Source of the DNA: an uncultured Gemmatimonadaceae bacterium | Lineage (GTDB): Bacteria > Gemmatimonadota > Gemmatimonadetes > Gemmatimonadales > Gemmatimonadaceae | Assembly (NCBI GenBank): GCA_963790305.1 | Contig: CAWBOC010000009.1 | Span: 672,001-736,000 of the forward strand | Length of the DNA: 64,000 nt | Reading direction: 5' to 3' | Part shown: positions 43,351 to 54,043 of the stretch, one piece after another | Position numbering within the stretch: the first letter of the stretch is position 1 | Layout of the letters: every line of letters starts with the position of its first letter | The notes under the pieces: model-generated | What the model saw: only the letters and a program-made list of their open reading frames with translations | What the model was told of the DNA's origin: nothing | Database searches by the model: none | Translations under genes and position numbers: made by a program

Positions 43351-44422
43351 ATGAAGCAGTGGTTGCTGGCCAGCGCGATCGCACTTCTCGCAGGGGCATG
43401 CTCCCCCTCAACGGGTCCCGATGCGGGTCCCCCGGCGAAGACGCTCGCAGAATTCGGATCGCAGCTTGACCGCCTTCGCGCGCAACTCGCGATTCCGGGC
43501 ATGTCCGCAATCGTCATGGCGTACGATACGGTGGTGTGGGAAGGCTCGCTCGGCGTCGCCGACATCCCGTCGCAGAGGCCCGTGACGCCGACGACGCAGT
43601 TCCATCTGGCGTCGCTCACGAAGACCTTCGCATCGACCATTGTGTTGCAACTCGTCGAGGACGGACTGGTACACCTTGACGATCCGATTAGCGACTATGG
43701 ACTGAGCCTGGCGAGCCCCGGCGTCATTCGCGTGCGCCACCTATTGTCGCACACGTCCGAGGGCGTTCCCGGCGATGCGTTTCGCTACAACGGCGACCGC
43801 TTCGCTCTGCTTGACCAAGTAATTCAGCGAGCGACGGGCGAGTCGTTTGCGAGGCGTCTCATGGAGCGCATTGTCACGCCGCTCGCGCTCCTCCACACGG
43901 CTCCTAATCCGCTCAACGCGGTAGCATTTGCGGCATCGGAACGCGACGCCGCGAGGTATATCGCCGAGAATGGCGACAGGCTACGGGATCGACTATCGCA
44001 TGCGCCCGGTACCAGTCGCGTATCCCGCCTCGTTCAGCAGCGCCGCCGGCCTAGTGTCGACCGCGAGTGACGTCGCGCGCTATTCGACGGCGCTCGACGC
44101 GGGACAATTCGTCGGCGCCGCGACCCGCACGCTCGCATACACACCCTCGAGGGGCGGCGACAATCGGATTCTCCCCCACGGCCTCGGCTGGTTCATCAGT
44201 ACGGTTGGTGGGCACACTCTGATATGGCATTACGGCTACTGGACAGGCAATTCGTCGCTCATCATCAAGGAACCCAGCCGGGGCCTTACCTTCGTCGCGC
44301 TGACGAACAGTGACCAGCTGAGTGCCCGGTTTAGACTCGGCACCGGCGATCTGATGAGTTCCACCGTCGCGCAGGCGTTCGTGAACGCGTTCGTAACCGG
44401 ATCTCTCGGAATTGGACCGTGA
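43351..44422 (+). CDS. Serine hydrolase (beta-lactamase-related family) lipoprotein, frameshift near 43968
   Basis: LAGAC lipobox; ASLTKTF (SxxK), LLSHTS, FRYN; SSAAGLVST and WHYG in the next frame. Confidence 0.8.
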
Positions 44423-44524
44423 CACTTTTCGATTGTGACGCCACGGCGAACTGACAAGCAGGTGTGATGCGGCGCTCCACATCGGTGTAGTCTCTTTACG
44501 CGTTCGGCATAGGCGAAGCACGCC

Positions 44525-44660
44525 GCAGAACTAGCTGCTGCAACTGTCACACGCGCATGTTACGGTATTCATCGCAGTCCGCCTCCTTGAAGTGCAGCTG
44601 CAAAGCCGCGCTGTCGCGCCCCTTCAAGTCAACCGCGTCCAGTTGAGCGCGGCGTTATGC
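44525..44660 (+). repeat. attC 26 (diverged)
   Basis: gcagaac...caactg...cagttg...gttatgc. Confidence 0.82.
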
Positions 44661-44704
44661 ACCACCTTGGGTTTTCCTATCATTTGTGATCTCACGGAGG
44701 CACC

Positions 44705-44986
44705 ATGGTCCAACGATTGAGCCGCTTCTCGGTTGGCCAAACGGCGAAAGTCCTCGGCCTGCTATATGGCCTCATGGGACTCATTCTCCTGCCCTTCTTC
44801 CTCATTGGTGCAATGTTCTCTACCGGCGATGATGGTTTTGGGGTCGGCTTTGCTCTGGCCGTCCCCGTCCTCTACGGCGTGTTTGGGTTCATATTCACCG
44901 CGATCGGATGTGCCCTGTACAACTGGGTCGCACGTAAGGTAGGCGGGATTGAACTCAGCCTGGACACGGAGGTCCGTACGGTGTGA
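44705..44986 (+). CDS. Small membrane protein (DUF3566-like)
   Basis: GGAGG RBS; two TM; ALYNWVARKVGGIEL. Confidence 0.7.
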   Translation: MVQRLSRFSVGQTAKVLGLLYGLMGLILLPFFLIGAMFSTGDDGFGVGFALAVPVLYGVFGFIFTAIGCALYNWVARKVGGIELSLDTEVRTV

Positions 44987-45062
44987 GGCTTCGCAGGCTC
45001 GGGCGCGGCGACTCCCGGGTGGGCGGGAGAGGCGGCGAGGCGGAGTGATGGCGCGCCGTGCT

Positions 45063-45124
45063 GCATAACTAGCGGTTGCACCGGTAGGCGCGATACGGAC
45101 GCCAGGCATAACGGTAAGGCCATC
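45063..45124 (+). repeat. Truncated attC fragments
   Basis: gcataactagcggttgcaccggtaggcgcgat, then a second gcataac and ggtaaggccatc. Confidence 0.6.
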
Positions 45125-45142
45125 CCCCGAAGACCCGATCCT

Positions 45143-45575
45143 ATGAAAGCCGTCTCGGCCGTGCTCATTGTCGCCCTAGCCGCAGCGTGCGAAACGACCG
45201 CGCGCGACCCTGGTAGCGACTCGGCGGCCGATACTCGCGTGCACACGGCCTCAGGGCTGATCTACGAGACCACGAACCCCGGAACAGGTCGGGCCGCGCG
45301 CCGCGGCGATACCGTGCGCATCCACGAGACGCTGTCGCTCGCCGATGGCCGGGTGATCTTTAACAGTCGCGAGAAGGGGGCACCCGTCACCTTCGTCCTC
45401 GGTGCCAATCAAGTGATCCCCGGCGTTGAAGAGGGAGTGACCGGGATGCGCGTCGGCGAGCGGCGCTCCCTCGTCGTGCCACCGTCGCTCGAATGGGCGC
45501 ACCTACGACCCGGCATTCATCCCGGCGGGGTCTACCTTGTACTACGACATCGAGCTCGTCACCATCGTCAAGTGA
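45143..45575 (+). CDS. FKBP-type peptidyl-prolyl isomerase lipoprotein, +1 frameshift near 45493
   Basis: TASGLIY, FVLGANQVIPGVEEGVTGMRVGERRSLVVPPSL; IPAGSTLYYDIEL in the next frame. Confidence 0.82.
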
Positions 45576-45723
45576 GTTTCGATCCCCGACTGGGCCCGCG
45601 ATACCCGCATGGCTCGTATGTGATGCGGCTGCAGCTGAATGGCGGCGTTAGGCGGCGGGGACGTTAATGCCCGCAGGCTCGAGAGAGAAGGCTGACGTCC
45701 GCAACCGAGGCTCGGTGCAGCCT

Positions 45724-46656
45724 TTACCGGTGATGCCGCGCAATGTCTTCGGCAGTGAGTCCGAGGAACTTCGCGGCGTTGTCGTAGAAGATGTCCTGCT
45801 TTTCCTCCACCGTCAGGAAATCGAGGCGATTGACGCGATCAATGGCCAGCGCGATTGCCTCAGGCCAGCGCATTTGGTCGCTGCCGAACATCACGCGGTC
45901 TAACATCCGCCTTCGCTTCGCCTCTTTGAGGAAGGGTTCAAGCATATCACCCGCGATCGGGGTCCAGCTCAACGCACCGATATCCACGTAGATATGCGGG
46001 TACATGGTCATGAGCATCAGTGCGTTTTGCGGAAAGAAGCCGCCGGCATGCATCACGTACACTTTCAGTTTCGGATATTTGACCAGCAGGTCCTCGAGGA
46101 GAAGCGGATCACCGAGTTGCAGGCGAAACTTGGGACAACAGGTATACGGTGTCCTGGGCGGACCGCCGCCGGTGTGGATTCCAACTGGTACGCGATGCTT
46201 CTCCGCAATCATCCAATAAGGATCGAACGCCGGATCCGACGGAGAGTAGCCTGCGTACTGCGCTGCGATCTCTCCGAACGCATCCAATCTCTTTTCCTGG
46301 AACAGTCGATCCAGGTCCTCCGGCTTCATGAATGTGGTGGGGTCATCGACGCCGATCGCCTTCAGGATGCGGTCTGGTGCAGCGGCGTCCCAGGGCTCGA
46401 CAGCAGCGACTGACGATCCTGAGACAATGCCGAGGACGACGTTCCTTTCCCTCATAATCTCGAGCGACCGCGTCATGTGTTCTTCAGCGGTCCTCGGCGA
46501 CATCTGGCCGGTCGCTGGATTCGGCGCCGGCTGCTCAAGACTCTCGCGCGTGTGGGCGTGCAGGTGCACATCGATTATCGGTCCGAGGTACTGCGCGGTG
46601 CTTTGAGCGTGCCCAACTGCCGGAATGAACGCGAGTGCGACGAGAAGCGTCTTCAT
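45724..46656 (-). CDS. Secreted amidohydrolase_2-family protein, reverse-oriented
   Basis: IIDVHLH, VGIHTG, VMHAG, VMFGSDQMRWP; flanked by gttaggc (45647) and gcctaac (46706). Confidence 0.85.
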   Translation of the reverse strand: MKTLLVALAFIPAVGHAQSTAQYLGPIIDVHLHAHTRESLEQPAPNPATGQMSPRTAEEHMTRSLEIMRERNVVLGIVSGSSVAAVEPWDAAAPDRILKAIGVDDPTTFMKPEDLDRLFQEKRLDAFGEIAAQYAGYSPSDPAFDPYWMIAEKHRVPVGIHTGGGPPRTPYTCCPKFRLQLGDPLLLEDLLVKYPKLKVYVMHAGGFFPQNALMLMTMYPHIYVDIGALSWTPIAGDMLEPFLKEAKRRRMLDRVMFGSDQMRWPEAIALAIDRVNRLDFLTVEEKQDIFYDNAAKFLGLTAEDIARHHR

Positions 46657-46727
46657 GATTGATCCTGGGAGAATACGGATTCTCTTCGACGTCTCCACGA
46701 ACGCAGCCTAACGCAACTGAACTCAAC

Positions 46728-46757
46728 TTGGGCCTGGCAAGGCGCGATCGCTATAAT
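46728..46757 (+). promoter_or_regulatory. Possible sigma70 promoter
   Basis: TTGGGC-N18-TATAAT; perfect -10 in GC-rich DNA. Confidence 0.4.
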
Positions 46758-47049
46758 GTGCTGGCCGCTGAACCAAGGCGTCAATCGTCGGACAGCGTCC
46801 TGGATTTGCGGCGCTTGTATTGCAGCGTGTTCTCCGCGACGCCTCACCGTTTTTCATCACAGCTGCGAGGGTCCATGCGCCCTGTCCCGTTTTTCCTCCG
46901 CCGGATCGTCGCATGGCCTGCCGCGTTCGTGCTCCTCACGCTCGCCCCCGCCGAGACCCTCGCGCAAGCGAAATTGGCGTGGTCCCTCACGGGCAGTGCC
47001 GGCGATTAAGCGGTGCCGCGGCCCCAGGACTCCAGCTGGAGGCTCGTTC

Positions 47050-47283
47050 ATGCGACGCAAACGCCGAGAGCGTACGCACAGCGTACGCGCGACAGTCAAG
47101 ATCGGGGAGTTGATGAAAACCGGTAGCTCGTTGCATCTCAATGTCTACGCGCGCGGCGCGAAGATCGGGACGCTCGAGCTCGGGCGGGGGTCGTTGTTTT
47201 GGCAGGGTGGCCGACGAAAGCGTCGGAAGCGCCTCCGGTGGTCACGGTTCGCCGAACATATGGACAAGCTTGCCTACACCTGA
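47050..47283 (+). CDS. Small basic hypothetical protein
   Basis: GSSLHLNVYARGAKIGTLELGRGSLFWQGG; followed by a degenerate attC left half near 47313-47365. Confidence 0.6.
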   Translation: MRRKRRERTHSVRATVKIGELMKTGSSLHLNVYARGAKIGTLELGRGSLFWQGGRRKRRKRLRWSRFAEHMDKLAYT

Positions 47284-47400
47284 CCGCGCGAGCTCGCGGA
47301 TCTCGATCAGCCGTACACCTGGCTGCTGCAACTCACGCGCAATGTCCAACGTAGGCATCGCAGTTACCAATAGGTGCACGCAACCCATCCGGAGCACCCA

Positions 47401-47784
47401 ATGAAGCGCAACGTTACGCTGACCGTCCTGTCATTGCTCACGCTTCTCTTGTTGACGCTTCACCTAACGCACGACACTATCCGTCAGGCCGAGGGATCGG
47501 TCAAATATCCAATTCCCGTCGTCGTCTTCTCCCTGTGGCTCTACGCAACCCTGATGGCTTCCGATCGGGTCTGGGGGTACGTCGTCATGCTGCTCGGGGG
47601 ACTGTTCGGAGCGGCCATGATCGTCGTTCACGCGAAGGGACTCGTCGTCGGCAAGTCCGGGGGCTTCTTCTTCGTCTGGACAATGTTCGCGCTCAGCGCA
47701 ACGGGATGGGTCACGTTGATCCTCTCGGCCCGCGGATTGTGGATGGCGTTTCGCGCCAGGCGTTCCAGAGTGTCAGCCAGCTGA
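47401..47784 (+). CDS. Four-TM membrane protein
   Basis: GGAG RBS; hydrophobic helices. Confidence 0.7.
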   Translation: MKRNVTLTVLSLLTLLLLTLHLTHDTIRQAEGSVKYPIPVVVFSLWLYATLMASDRVWGYVVMLLGGLFGAAMIVVHAKGLVVGKSGGFFFVWTMFALSATGWVTLILSARGLWMAFRARRSRVSAS

Positions 47785-47968
47785 CCACGCGGCCGCGCCG
47801 AGGGCTTGCATTGAACGATCGCTGACCGATCTCAACATCGTTCTGCTCACACGTTCCACCAATGCGACCTGGGAGAAGGCCTTTTCCCGAACGCCGGAGT
47901 AGGGCGCCACTACGAAGGCCGTCTGCAGTTGAGCGCGGCGTTATGCGGCGACGACTATCCTTGCTGTC

Positions 47969-48433
47969 ATGGCACGACGAGCCCGCATTCTCGCAGTCAC
48001 GCTTGGCCTAACCCTGACAGGCGCCGTCTTCGGCGGCCTCGCCGGGGTGGTGGCCTTCGCCCTTGCCGTACTGGTCACCGAAGGATTCATCGGCGCGGTC
48101 AATGTCCAGATCCTGCCCTTCGCCGGGTACTTCGGGGCCGCAATAGGCGCCGTCGCTGCGCCAGCGGCAGGGTGGCTCCTGCTTCGCCACGTTCCGCTCG
48201 GCCGCGCCGTTCTCTCGACTGTCGCTGGTGCCGTGGCTGGCGGGGTTACCGGCTGGACTCTTGGCGAGCAATTCGCCACCACCGTTGACGGAGGTTCGGC
48301 ACTCGGAGACCCCTTCGTGAGTGCAGTTCTCGGAGCGGTAGCGGGGTTTCTCATCGCGGCCTTCATACTGCGGCGTCGGGCTTCAATGCACGAGAAGCAG
48401 TCGGTAAGGCTCGAGAAACCGCCGCATAACTAG
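47969..48433 (+). CDS. Gly/Ala-rich membrane protein cassette
   Basis: Bounded by gttatgcggcg (47940) and cgccgcataac (48430); flanking attC sites are half-sites. Confidence 0.7.
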   Translation: MARRARILAVTLGLTLTGAVFGGLAGVVAFALAVLVTEGFIGAVNVQILPFAGYFGAAIGAVAAPAAGWLLLRHVPLGRAVLSTVAGAVAGGVTGWTLGEQFATTVDGGSALGDPFVSAVLGAVAGFLIAAFILRRRASMHEKQSVRLEKPPHN

Positions 48434-48495
48434 CTGTTGCACCTGGCGAGCGCGATGTGAAGTGGATCGCGGGGTCGCACAGCGCCTCCCGCATG

Positions 48496-49482
48496 TTACG
48501 ATTTGCGCGCCTTGGCAAGCTCGCGCCACGTGATCAGCTGAAAGCCCTGCTGCTTCAGCCAGTCGCGGAACTCGGCGTTGCGAACGAGATCGAAATCCCA
48601 CTGCCGCCACGCCGCTCCCCAATCGGGATGATCGAACGTCGCGCCGCGCATCTCGTCGTCGTCGTAGCCGAGGTGCAGAATGAGCTCATAAACCCCAGGT
48701 CCAAGCGGCGCCAGCATCGTCTTGTACGTGTCGACCCACTGCTCCCTCGATACACCGGGCCCCATCTGGAGCACGCGGTCCACGAGCGCGAGGCTCCGCG
48801 CGCGCTCGGCCCACGGCGGCGGTGGGTCGGCGCCGGGCACGATGGTGCGTTCGAGAAGCACGGGGAGTCCGTATGACTCTCCAAGCCCGAGGTAGACGTT
48901 GAACGGCGCTTCGGCGCGGAAGAGCGCGCCCATGTGCGAATCGAGGTGTGTGATGTTCACTCCGGCCCGTCGCGCGAGGTCGATCTGGGCTCGCAGCTCG
49001 CGCTCCACTTCGCGCGGATTCGTCCTCTCGACCCCGTCCGTCACCAGCGGCAGATAGCCGTCAGGCGCGAGCAGCGTCGGCACCTCACTGCGGCCGCTGA
49101 TCGGGCCCCAGCGCAGTGTCGTCCACTCGCTGTTGAGCGCGAGATGGATGCCGAGGTCCGCATCGGGATGCGCTCTGGCCCACGTCGCCACTTCGGCGAA
49201 CCAGGGCGACGGAACGAGAATGCTCGCCGAGGTGATCCAGCCTTTCTCCAGCGCCTCCAGCGATGCGCGATTCACCGAGTGCGACATGCCGACATCGTCG
49301 GCGTGCAGAATGAGAAGCTTGGCCGTCGCCGGATAGCCGAGGCGTTCCTGTATCGTGCGTGTGTCGCTCGGCGCTGGGGATTCGACGGTGAGAGCGCGAG
49401 AGCACGCCGTCGCGAGTGTGGCCATCGCGAACAGGGCCGACCGTGCGGTGAGTCGGGAGCTGCGTGCGGAAATTCGGGTCAT
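48496..49482 (-). CDS. YdjC/ChbG-family carbohydrate deacetylase, reverse-oriented
   Basis: LILHADDVGMSHSVN, DLGIHL, THLDSHMG, ELILHLG. Confidence 0.85.
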   Translation of the reverse strand: MTRISARSSRLTARSALFAMATLATACSRALTVESPAPSDTRTIQERLGYPATAKLLILHADDVGMSHSVNRASLEALEKGWITSASILVPSPWFAEVATWARAHPDADLGIHLALNSEWTTLRWGPISGRSEVPTLLAPDGYLPLVTDGVERTNPREVERELRAQIDLARRAGVNITHLDSHMGALFRAEAPFNVYLGLGESYGLPVLLERTIVPGADPPPPWAERARSLALVDRVLQMGPGVSREQWVDTYKTMLAPLGPGVYELILHLGYDDDEMRGATFDHPDWGAAWRQWDFDLVRNAEFRDWLKQQGFQLITWRELAKARKS

Positions 49483-49775
49483 ATAGCCGAAACCTCTTGA
49501 GGAAGCGGGCGCCAACGTAAGACATTGGCGGCCGACGCGCGAGGCAGACGCCACGCGACTTTCACCATGGCCAGTACTTGAGCGAGCTTGGGCCTCCGCC
49601 GTTGAGCTCGAGCCTGGACAACGTTCGAGAGGAGCGCACACCATTACGCCTTGAAAGGAAGACTCGCCGGAGTTGAGTGCGGCGTCATACGGACGACGCT
49701 CTCATCGATAAGGAGGCTTCGCAGAGTCGTGATTCTTCGCACCGGGTGCGACCGCGTTGTGCGGACAACCAAGCA

Positions 49776-50171
49776 ATGACTCTCAGGCAAATCGCGTGGT
49801 TCCTTGCCGCATATGTTGCGCTCGTAGCCATCGCGATATGGTTCAATCTCGCAGTCCTGTGCCAGGGTGATGTCAAGTTCGACGGTGGCTGCGGCGGCTT
49901 CGGTCTCTATATCCCTCTGTGGGAAGTCTTTCTCGCACCCCTCCCCATCGCTGCCATCCTTCTCGAGCGGTGGAAAAGGTCAGAACCGCCCGCCACTTGG
50001 CGCGTTCTCGGCTATCTCGCCGGAGTTCTAGTCGTTGCAGAAGTGGGTTTTCTTCTCATTGAGAGATTTCCAGTCTTGCTCGCTCTCGAGGCAATAGCGA
50101 TCGCACTTGCCAGCCTCATGCGCTGGAAGAGGATCCAACGTGCCGACGCTTCGCGGGCGGTCCGAAGTTAG
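49776..50171 (+). CDS. Membrane protein
   Basis: Four hydrophobic helices, CQGDVKFDGGC loop. Confidence 0.65.
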   Translation: MTLRQIAWFLAAYVALVAIAIWFNLAVLCQGDVKFDGGCGGFGLYIPLWEVFLAPLPIAAILLERWKRSEPPATWRVLGYLAGVLVVAEVGFLLIERFPVLLALEAIAIALASLMRWKRIQRADASRAVRS

Positions 50172-50260
50172 GCGGAGCGCGGTCGAGTCTCTGACGGGGA
50201 ACGGGCCCAGATCGCCCATCGGAATGCCGAGCGGATCGTCGGTATCACGCCATGATCGTG

Positions 50261-50333
50261 GAGTGCCAACACCATAGCCGCGCTTACGCGCGCCTTTGAG
50301 AAGACCGCCCGCAGTTGAACGGTGGCGTTCTGT
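50261..50333 (+). repeat. attC right half
   Basis: gcgcgcctttgagaagaccgcccgcagttgaacggtggcgttctgt. Confidence 0.65.
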
Positions 50334-50602
50334 GGACGCCGGGGTTACTTAGTTAGGCGGACAACGAGATGTCGTGGAGGCACCTGTTCTCTTCATTGCC
50401 ATTGCGACTACCAGCGCGCATGGACTCGTCACATCGTCGAATGCCCGGCCGGCCGGCAACGCAAGCGATCGACCGCGCGCTGGCGAATGACAATCGTCTC
50501 GCAGCAGGGCGCATCGAGAATGAACCTGTGCCTCACCGAGACGTTCCACGCGAGTGCAGCGCTCGTGAACGCCCCGCGGCCGTGCTTGTGCGGTCGAGGC
50601 TG

Positions 50603-51169
50603 ATGGTACATCTCGCAGGCGGCTGCCTCGCGCTCGTTGGACTGATACTCTCCTCCTGCAACCAGTCCCCGCGGGAGGCATCGCGACGACCGGCTACGCA
50701 GATAGTCCCTCCTCCGACGCCGTCGCAAATAGCCGCACGACTCGGAGTCACCAAGGCGGAATCCGATTCGGCCATCGCCGCCGTGCTCCGAAGCGCGGTC
50801 CCCCCAGATACCGCAGTCGGCTATCGCGTCGTTCGATGGGATTTCCGCGACCGGACCCGATACTTGATCCTCGCCTACCTTCCCCGGGACACTGCTGGTC
50901 ACTACCGCCCCGCGCTCTTCGCGATCGAGGACGGCCGCGTATCGGCTCCCTACGCCTTCAAGGACAACGAGCGCGTGGCGGTCAGGCGCATCGCCGATTT
51001 TGATCATGATGCTTTGCCTGACGTCGCGATTTGTGCGTCCCTCGAGGGGCGGGAAGACGTGGTTGTGGCGCGCGTCATGGGTTTTCGCAACCAGACGTGG
51101 TATCTCATTCCAGCGGCGAGCAGCGCGATCCCTCTTTGTACCTCGGCTGCTCTCTCATGGAGTCCCTAA
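50603..51169 (+). CDS. Hypothetical lipoprotein (start uncertain)
   Basis: LILSSC lipobox; DFDHDALPDV motif. Confidence 0.5.
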   Translation: MVHLAGGCLALVGLILSSCNQSPREASRRPATQIVPPPTPSQIAARLGVTKAESDSAIAAVLRSAVPPDTAVGYRVVRWDFRDRTRYLILAYLPRDTAGHYRPALFAIEDGRVSAPYAFKDNERVAVRRIADFDHDALPDVAICASLEGREDVVVARVMGFRNQTWYLIPAASSAIPLCTSAALSWSP

Positions 51170-51237
51170 GCGAGTTCATTCACATTCTACTTCCATCGCC
51201 GCGCACGGGCATTTGTCGTTAAGCAGCACCAAGCCTG

Positions 51238-51843
51238 ATGAACCGCATTTTCAGATCGGCAGACGGAGACACACGGCCGAACGCAACGGTCTATGATCTC
51301 AAGCAACTCGCGTTCGCCGTTTTCCTCTTCGAGCTCGTCATCGCGGCCCTCACCATCGCGACGCGTGCCTTCTTCGGCATCCGAACCGCGATATGGGTCG
51401 GCCTGGCGATCGGGGTCGTCGTCCTCGTTGCGTTTATCCTTATCACGCTCTTTGGTATTTTCACCCAGGCCGTCGCGGGGTTCTTCGCGCGCCGAGAGAC
51501 ACGCGCCCCACTCCAGGAGAGTCACATGGGTACCTCATCCACGGCTTCCGCCCCCCCGGCCACGGGCCGGTTGCTGCGCTGGGGCGGCTGGCTGCTCCTC
51601 ACGGTTGGCCTGCTCGGCCACCTGTACGCCGCCTACGCCATGGGAGGGAGCCGGATTGCCTACCTGCACCACGTCGGGGGGTTCGCACTGATCCTCCTCG
51701 TCACGGGTGGCCTCATCGCGGCCTTGGGCTATTGGTTGTGGCGGTCACGCCCGGCGCTCACTTTCTTCGCGATCGGGCTCGTGCAGGCGCTCATCGGCCT
51801 GTGGGTCGCGCTGGAGCCGTTCCGCGCCGCTACGGGTCGGTAA
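51238..51843 (+). CDS. Membrane protein, possibly two fused small genes
   Basis: Internal AGGAG RBS before an in-frame ATG near 51526. Confidence 0.55.
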   Translation: MNRIFRSADGDTRPNATVYDLKQLAFAVFLFELVIAALTIATRAFFGIRTAIWVGLAIGVVVLVAFILITLFGIFTQAVAGFFARRETRAPLQESHMGTSSTASAPPATGRLLRWGGWLLLTVGLLGHLYAAYAMGGSRIAYLHHVGGFALILLVTGGLIAALGYWLWRSRPALTFFAIGLVQALIGLWVALEPFRAATGR

Positions 51844-51949
51844 GCCACCGCGCGCGGTGCTTCAAGTGAAACTGAAAACCGCGGCGTGCGCTCGACCTCC
51901 TGATCGGCGGAGCGCAGAAAGAGCGCGAGCAGGCATCACATCCACGGCC

Positions 51950-52008
51950 GCATAACTAGCCGTCGCAACTGGCGAGCGCGATATTGCAGTTGAACGGCGG
52001 CGTTATGC
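51950..52008 (+). repeat. attC 27, shortened to 59 bp
   Basis: gcataac tagccgtcgcaactggc...tgcagttgaacggcggc gttatgc. Confidence 0.8.
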
Positions 52009-52033
52009 GACACCCGATCCTCGCGAGGCTGAA

Positions 52034-52534
52034 TTGACATTCGCCCTTGTCGCTACGGTCTGCGCCGGGATTTTCGCGGGGGCCGCGATCTACATCACGT
52101 TCGTCGAGCACCCGGCCCGACTCTCCTGCGGAAACGCGCTCGCCCTCCGCGAATTCGCGCCGAGCTACCGCCGAGCCACGATCATGCAGGCTGTCCTGGC
52201 CATTGTCGGCCTTCTCACCGCCCTCGAGGCGTGGTCGCGGACCCTGGCCCCGGAGCTCCTGATTGGTGGGCTCGCGCTGGGCATCGTCGTGCCCTTCACC
52301 CTCGTGGTTATCGCGCCCACCAATCGGCGACTCCTCGCCGCGGAGCTGAATCCCGAATCCGCGGAGGCCGCCCAGTTGCTTCAACGTTGGGGTCGCCTCC
52401 ATGCGGTGCGTAGCGTGCTCAGCGGCGTGGCGTTCCTCATCCTGCTCCTGTACGTGATGCGAGCCGGGTCGCGACCGTTAGGTGGCGTCATGCCGCAACC
52501 GAATCACCGTTCAGTAGCAGTCTCACGCACTTGA
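52034..52534 (+). CDS. DUF1772 (anthrone oxygenase-like) membrane protein
   Basis: FAGAAIYITFVEHPAR, PFTLVVIAPTNRRLL, WGRLHAVRS. Confidence 0.8.
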   Translation: MTFALVATVCAGIFAGAAIYITFVEHPARLSCGNALALREFAPSYRRATIMQAVLAIVGLLTALEAWSRTLAPELLIGGLALGIVVPFTLVVIAPTNRRLLAAELNPESAEAAQLLQRWGRLHAVRSVLSGVAFLILLLYVMRAGSRPLGGVMPQPNHRSVAVSRT

Positions 52535-52543
52535 CTCCCCTCA

Positions 52544-52933
52544 GTGGCTTCTATCATTGATCGTCTGGCCGCCAACATTCCGGCGATTCGTGAGGAATGG
52601 AGAAAGTACCGCGAAGAGGATGAGCTGGGTCGCGGCGATCCCCTTGCACTACAGGCCGAAGAGCTCGCCCAACATGTCTGCGATCTCGTGCGCGACGGGG
52701 GCAGCGCTCAACTCGCCGCTTTCTTTGGTGCGCTCGAGGGCGTCTATCAAGGGTCCCTCAACGACCAGGACTCGAACGCTATGTACGAGGGCTTCATGGA
52801 AGCCTTGATCTACCGGGTCGCGCGGAGTGGAGTGTCGCCAGCACAGATATACGCGGAACTGTCGCCGGTATCGCGCGTCGTGTGGAAGCAGCATTGGCGC
52901 TACATCCACGGTACGGCCTGGGGCAATACCTAA
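52544..52933 (+). CDS. Hypothetical protein
   Basis: 129-aa ORF whose stop lies in an R''-like acctaac. Confidence 0.6.
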   Translation: MASIIDRLAANIPAIREEWRKYREEDELGRGDPLALQAEELAQHVCDLVRDGGSAQLAAFFGALEGVYQGSLNDQDSNAMYEGFMEALIYRVARSGVSPAQIYAELSPVSRVVWKQHWRYIHGTAWGNT

Positions 52934-52970
52934 CGAGGCGCTGGCGCATTACTTTGACTCGAATTGATCG

Positions 52971-53228
52971 ATGAAGGCATTCTGGCAATACGTCGCATTG
53001 GCCGTCGCGGGGGCAGCACTGATCGCATCGATCTACTATGGACTCGCCGCGAGCCGATTTGTTGCCCCCACCGGCAGAAGGTTTGGCAGATCGACAGCGG
53101 TGTTCTTTACTCGCAAGGCGCCGCACGATTTCACCGGAATCGGCTACCGGCTTTACACCCGTCATGTCGCGGCCCTCGCCATTGCGGTTTCCGCGATGCT
53201 TGTGGGTGCGATCATCGGCCGCGTGTGA
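52971..53228 (+). CDS. Small two-TM membrane protein (paralog of 31784-32041)
   Basis: Clear similarity to the cassette-borne copy. Confidence 0.75.
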   Translation: MKAFWQYVALAVAGAALIASIYYGLAASRFVAPTGRRFGRSTAVFFTRKAPHDFTGIGYRLYTRHVAALAIAVSAMLVGAIIGRV

Positions 53229-53232
53229 TCGG

Positions 53233-53535
53233 ATGCCGACCTATCGCGTGTTCGTCGAAGGAACAAACCTCCTCATGCGTGACGAGGATCGCGCGGAACC
53301 CCAACGGTTTGGGTTCTACGTGACCCGCTTCATCGACGCCGAGGACTCCGAGCGCGCCGCCGAGAAAGCCCTGACGCTGGTGCGCAACGAGCCCAAGCTC
53401 ATCATGGCCGCGCTCAACTCGGCATACGATCCGCCCGCGTTCCGCGTCGACGAGGTCGAGTGCCTGGCGCCCGACGAGCACGCGCCCGCGATTCCTCCAG
53501 GCTTCGCGTTCTTTCTGGTCTCTCCCGACGGGTAG
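53233..53535 (+). CDS. Hypothetical protein
   Basis: MPTYRVFVEGTN...GFYVTRFIDA...GFAFF. Confidence 0.65.
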   Translation: MPTYRVFVEGTNLLMRDEDRAEPQRFGFYVTRFIDAEDSERAAEKALTLVRNEPKLIMAALNSAYDPPAFRVDEVECLAPDEHAPAIPPGFAFFLVSPDG

Positions 53536-53648
53536 ATCGAGAAAGGCGCGATGTTCAAGCCTTCAGACGCCGCCCGGCGGGCACGGTAAGCATCGCACTT
53601 GCGCGAGCTCGAGGAGCGTAATCGTCAGGCACCACGCCTAGAAAAGAC

Positions 53649-54035
53649 ATGGATAGAGAGACTCACTGGCACGTCTCCGTTTTCCACGGCGCACACGCGC
53701 GCTTTTCGCCGGGCCTCGTTCTGCTCCTCATGCCCGATGCGACCTGGGAAGTTTGCGACGAGGCCGGAGAGATCGGGCCCGCGGGCGCCGCGTATGGAAC
53801 CTGGCCGTCAGAGCGGGCCGCATGTCAGGAGGCGCTGCGCCTGCTGCGGTCGCGCTTCGGAGAAGGGACGCTTCCCTGTTGGGGCGCTGGCGCACCTGAC
53901 CGTGCCCTCGCCGAACTCGGGTATAACCGGGGTCGCGTGCGCTGGCGCTGGTGGCCGCCCGGCCTTACGAATACGGGGCAGCTGCCGGTGGGACCGGATG
54001 GGACACCCGCACCGTCTGCACCGCGGAGAGCCTAA
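53649..54035 (+). CDS. Hypothetical protein
   Basis: ORF ending in R''-like gcctaac. Confidence 0.45.
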   Translation: MDRETHWHVSVFHGAHARFSPGLVLLLMPDATWEVCDEAGEIGPAGAAYGTWPSERAACQEALRLLRSRFGEGTLPCWGAGAPDRALAELGYNRGRVRWRWWPPGLTNTGQLPVGPDGTPAPSAPRRA

Positions 54036-54043
54036 CGCACACT

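Noticed and set aside
43351..44422. Beta-lactam resistance gene
   Set aside because: SxxK serine hydrolase motifs are shared by many esterases and peptidases; no specific beta-lactamase class is recognisable
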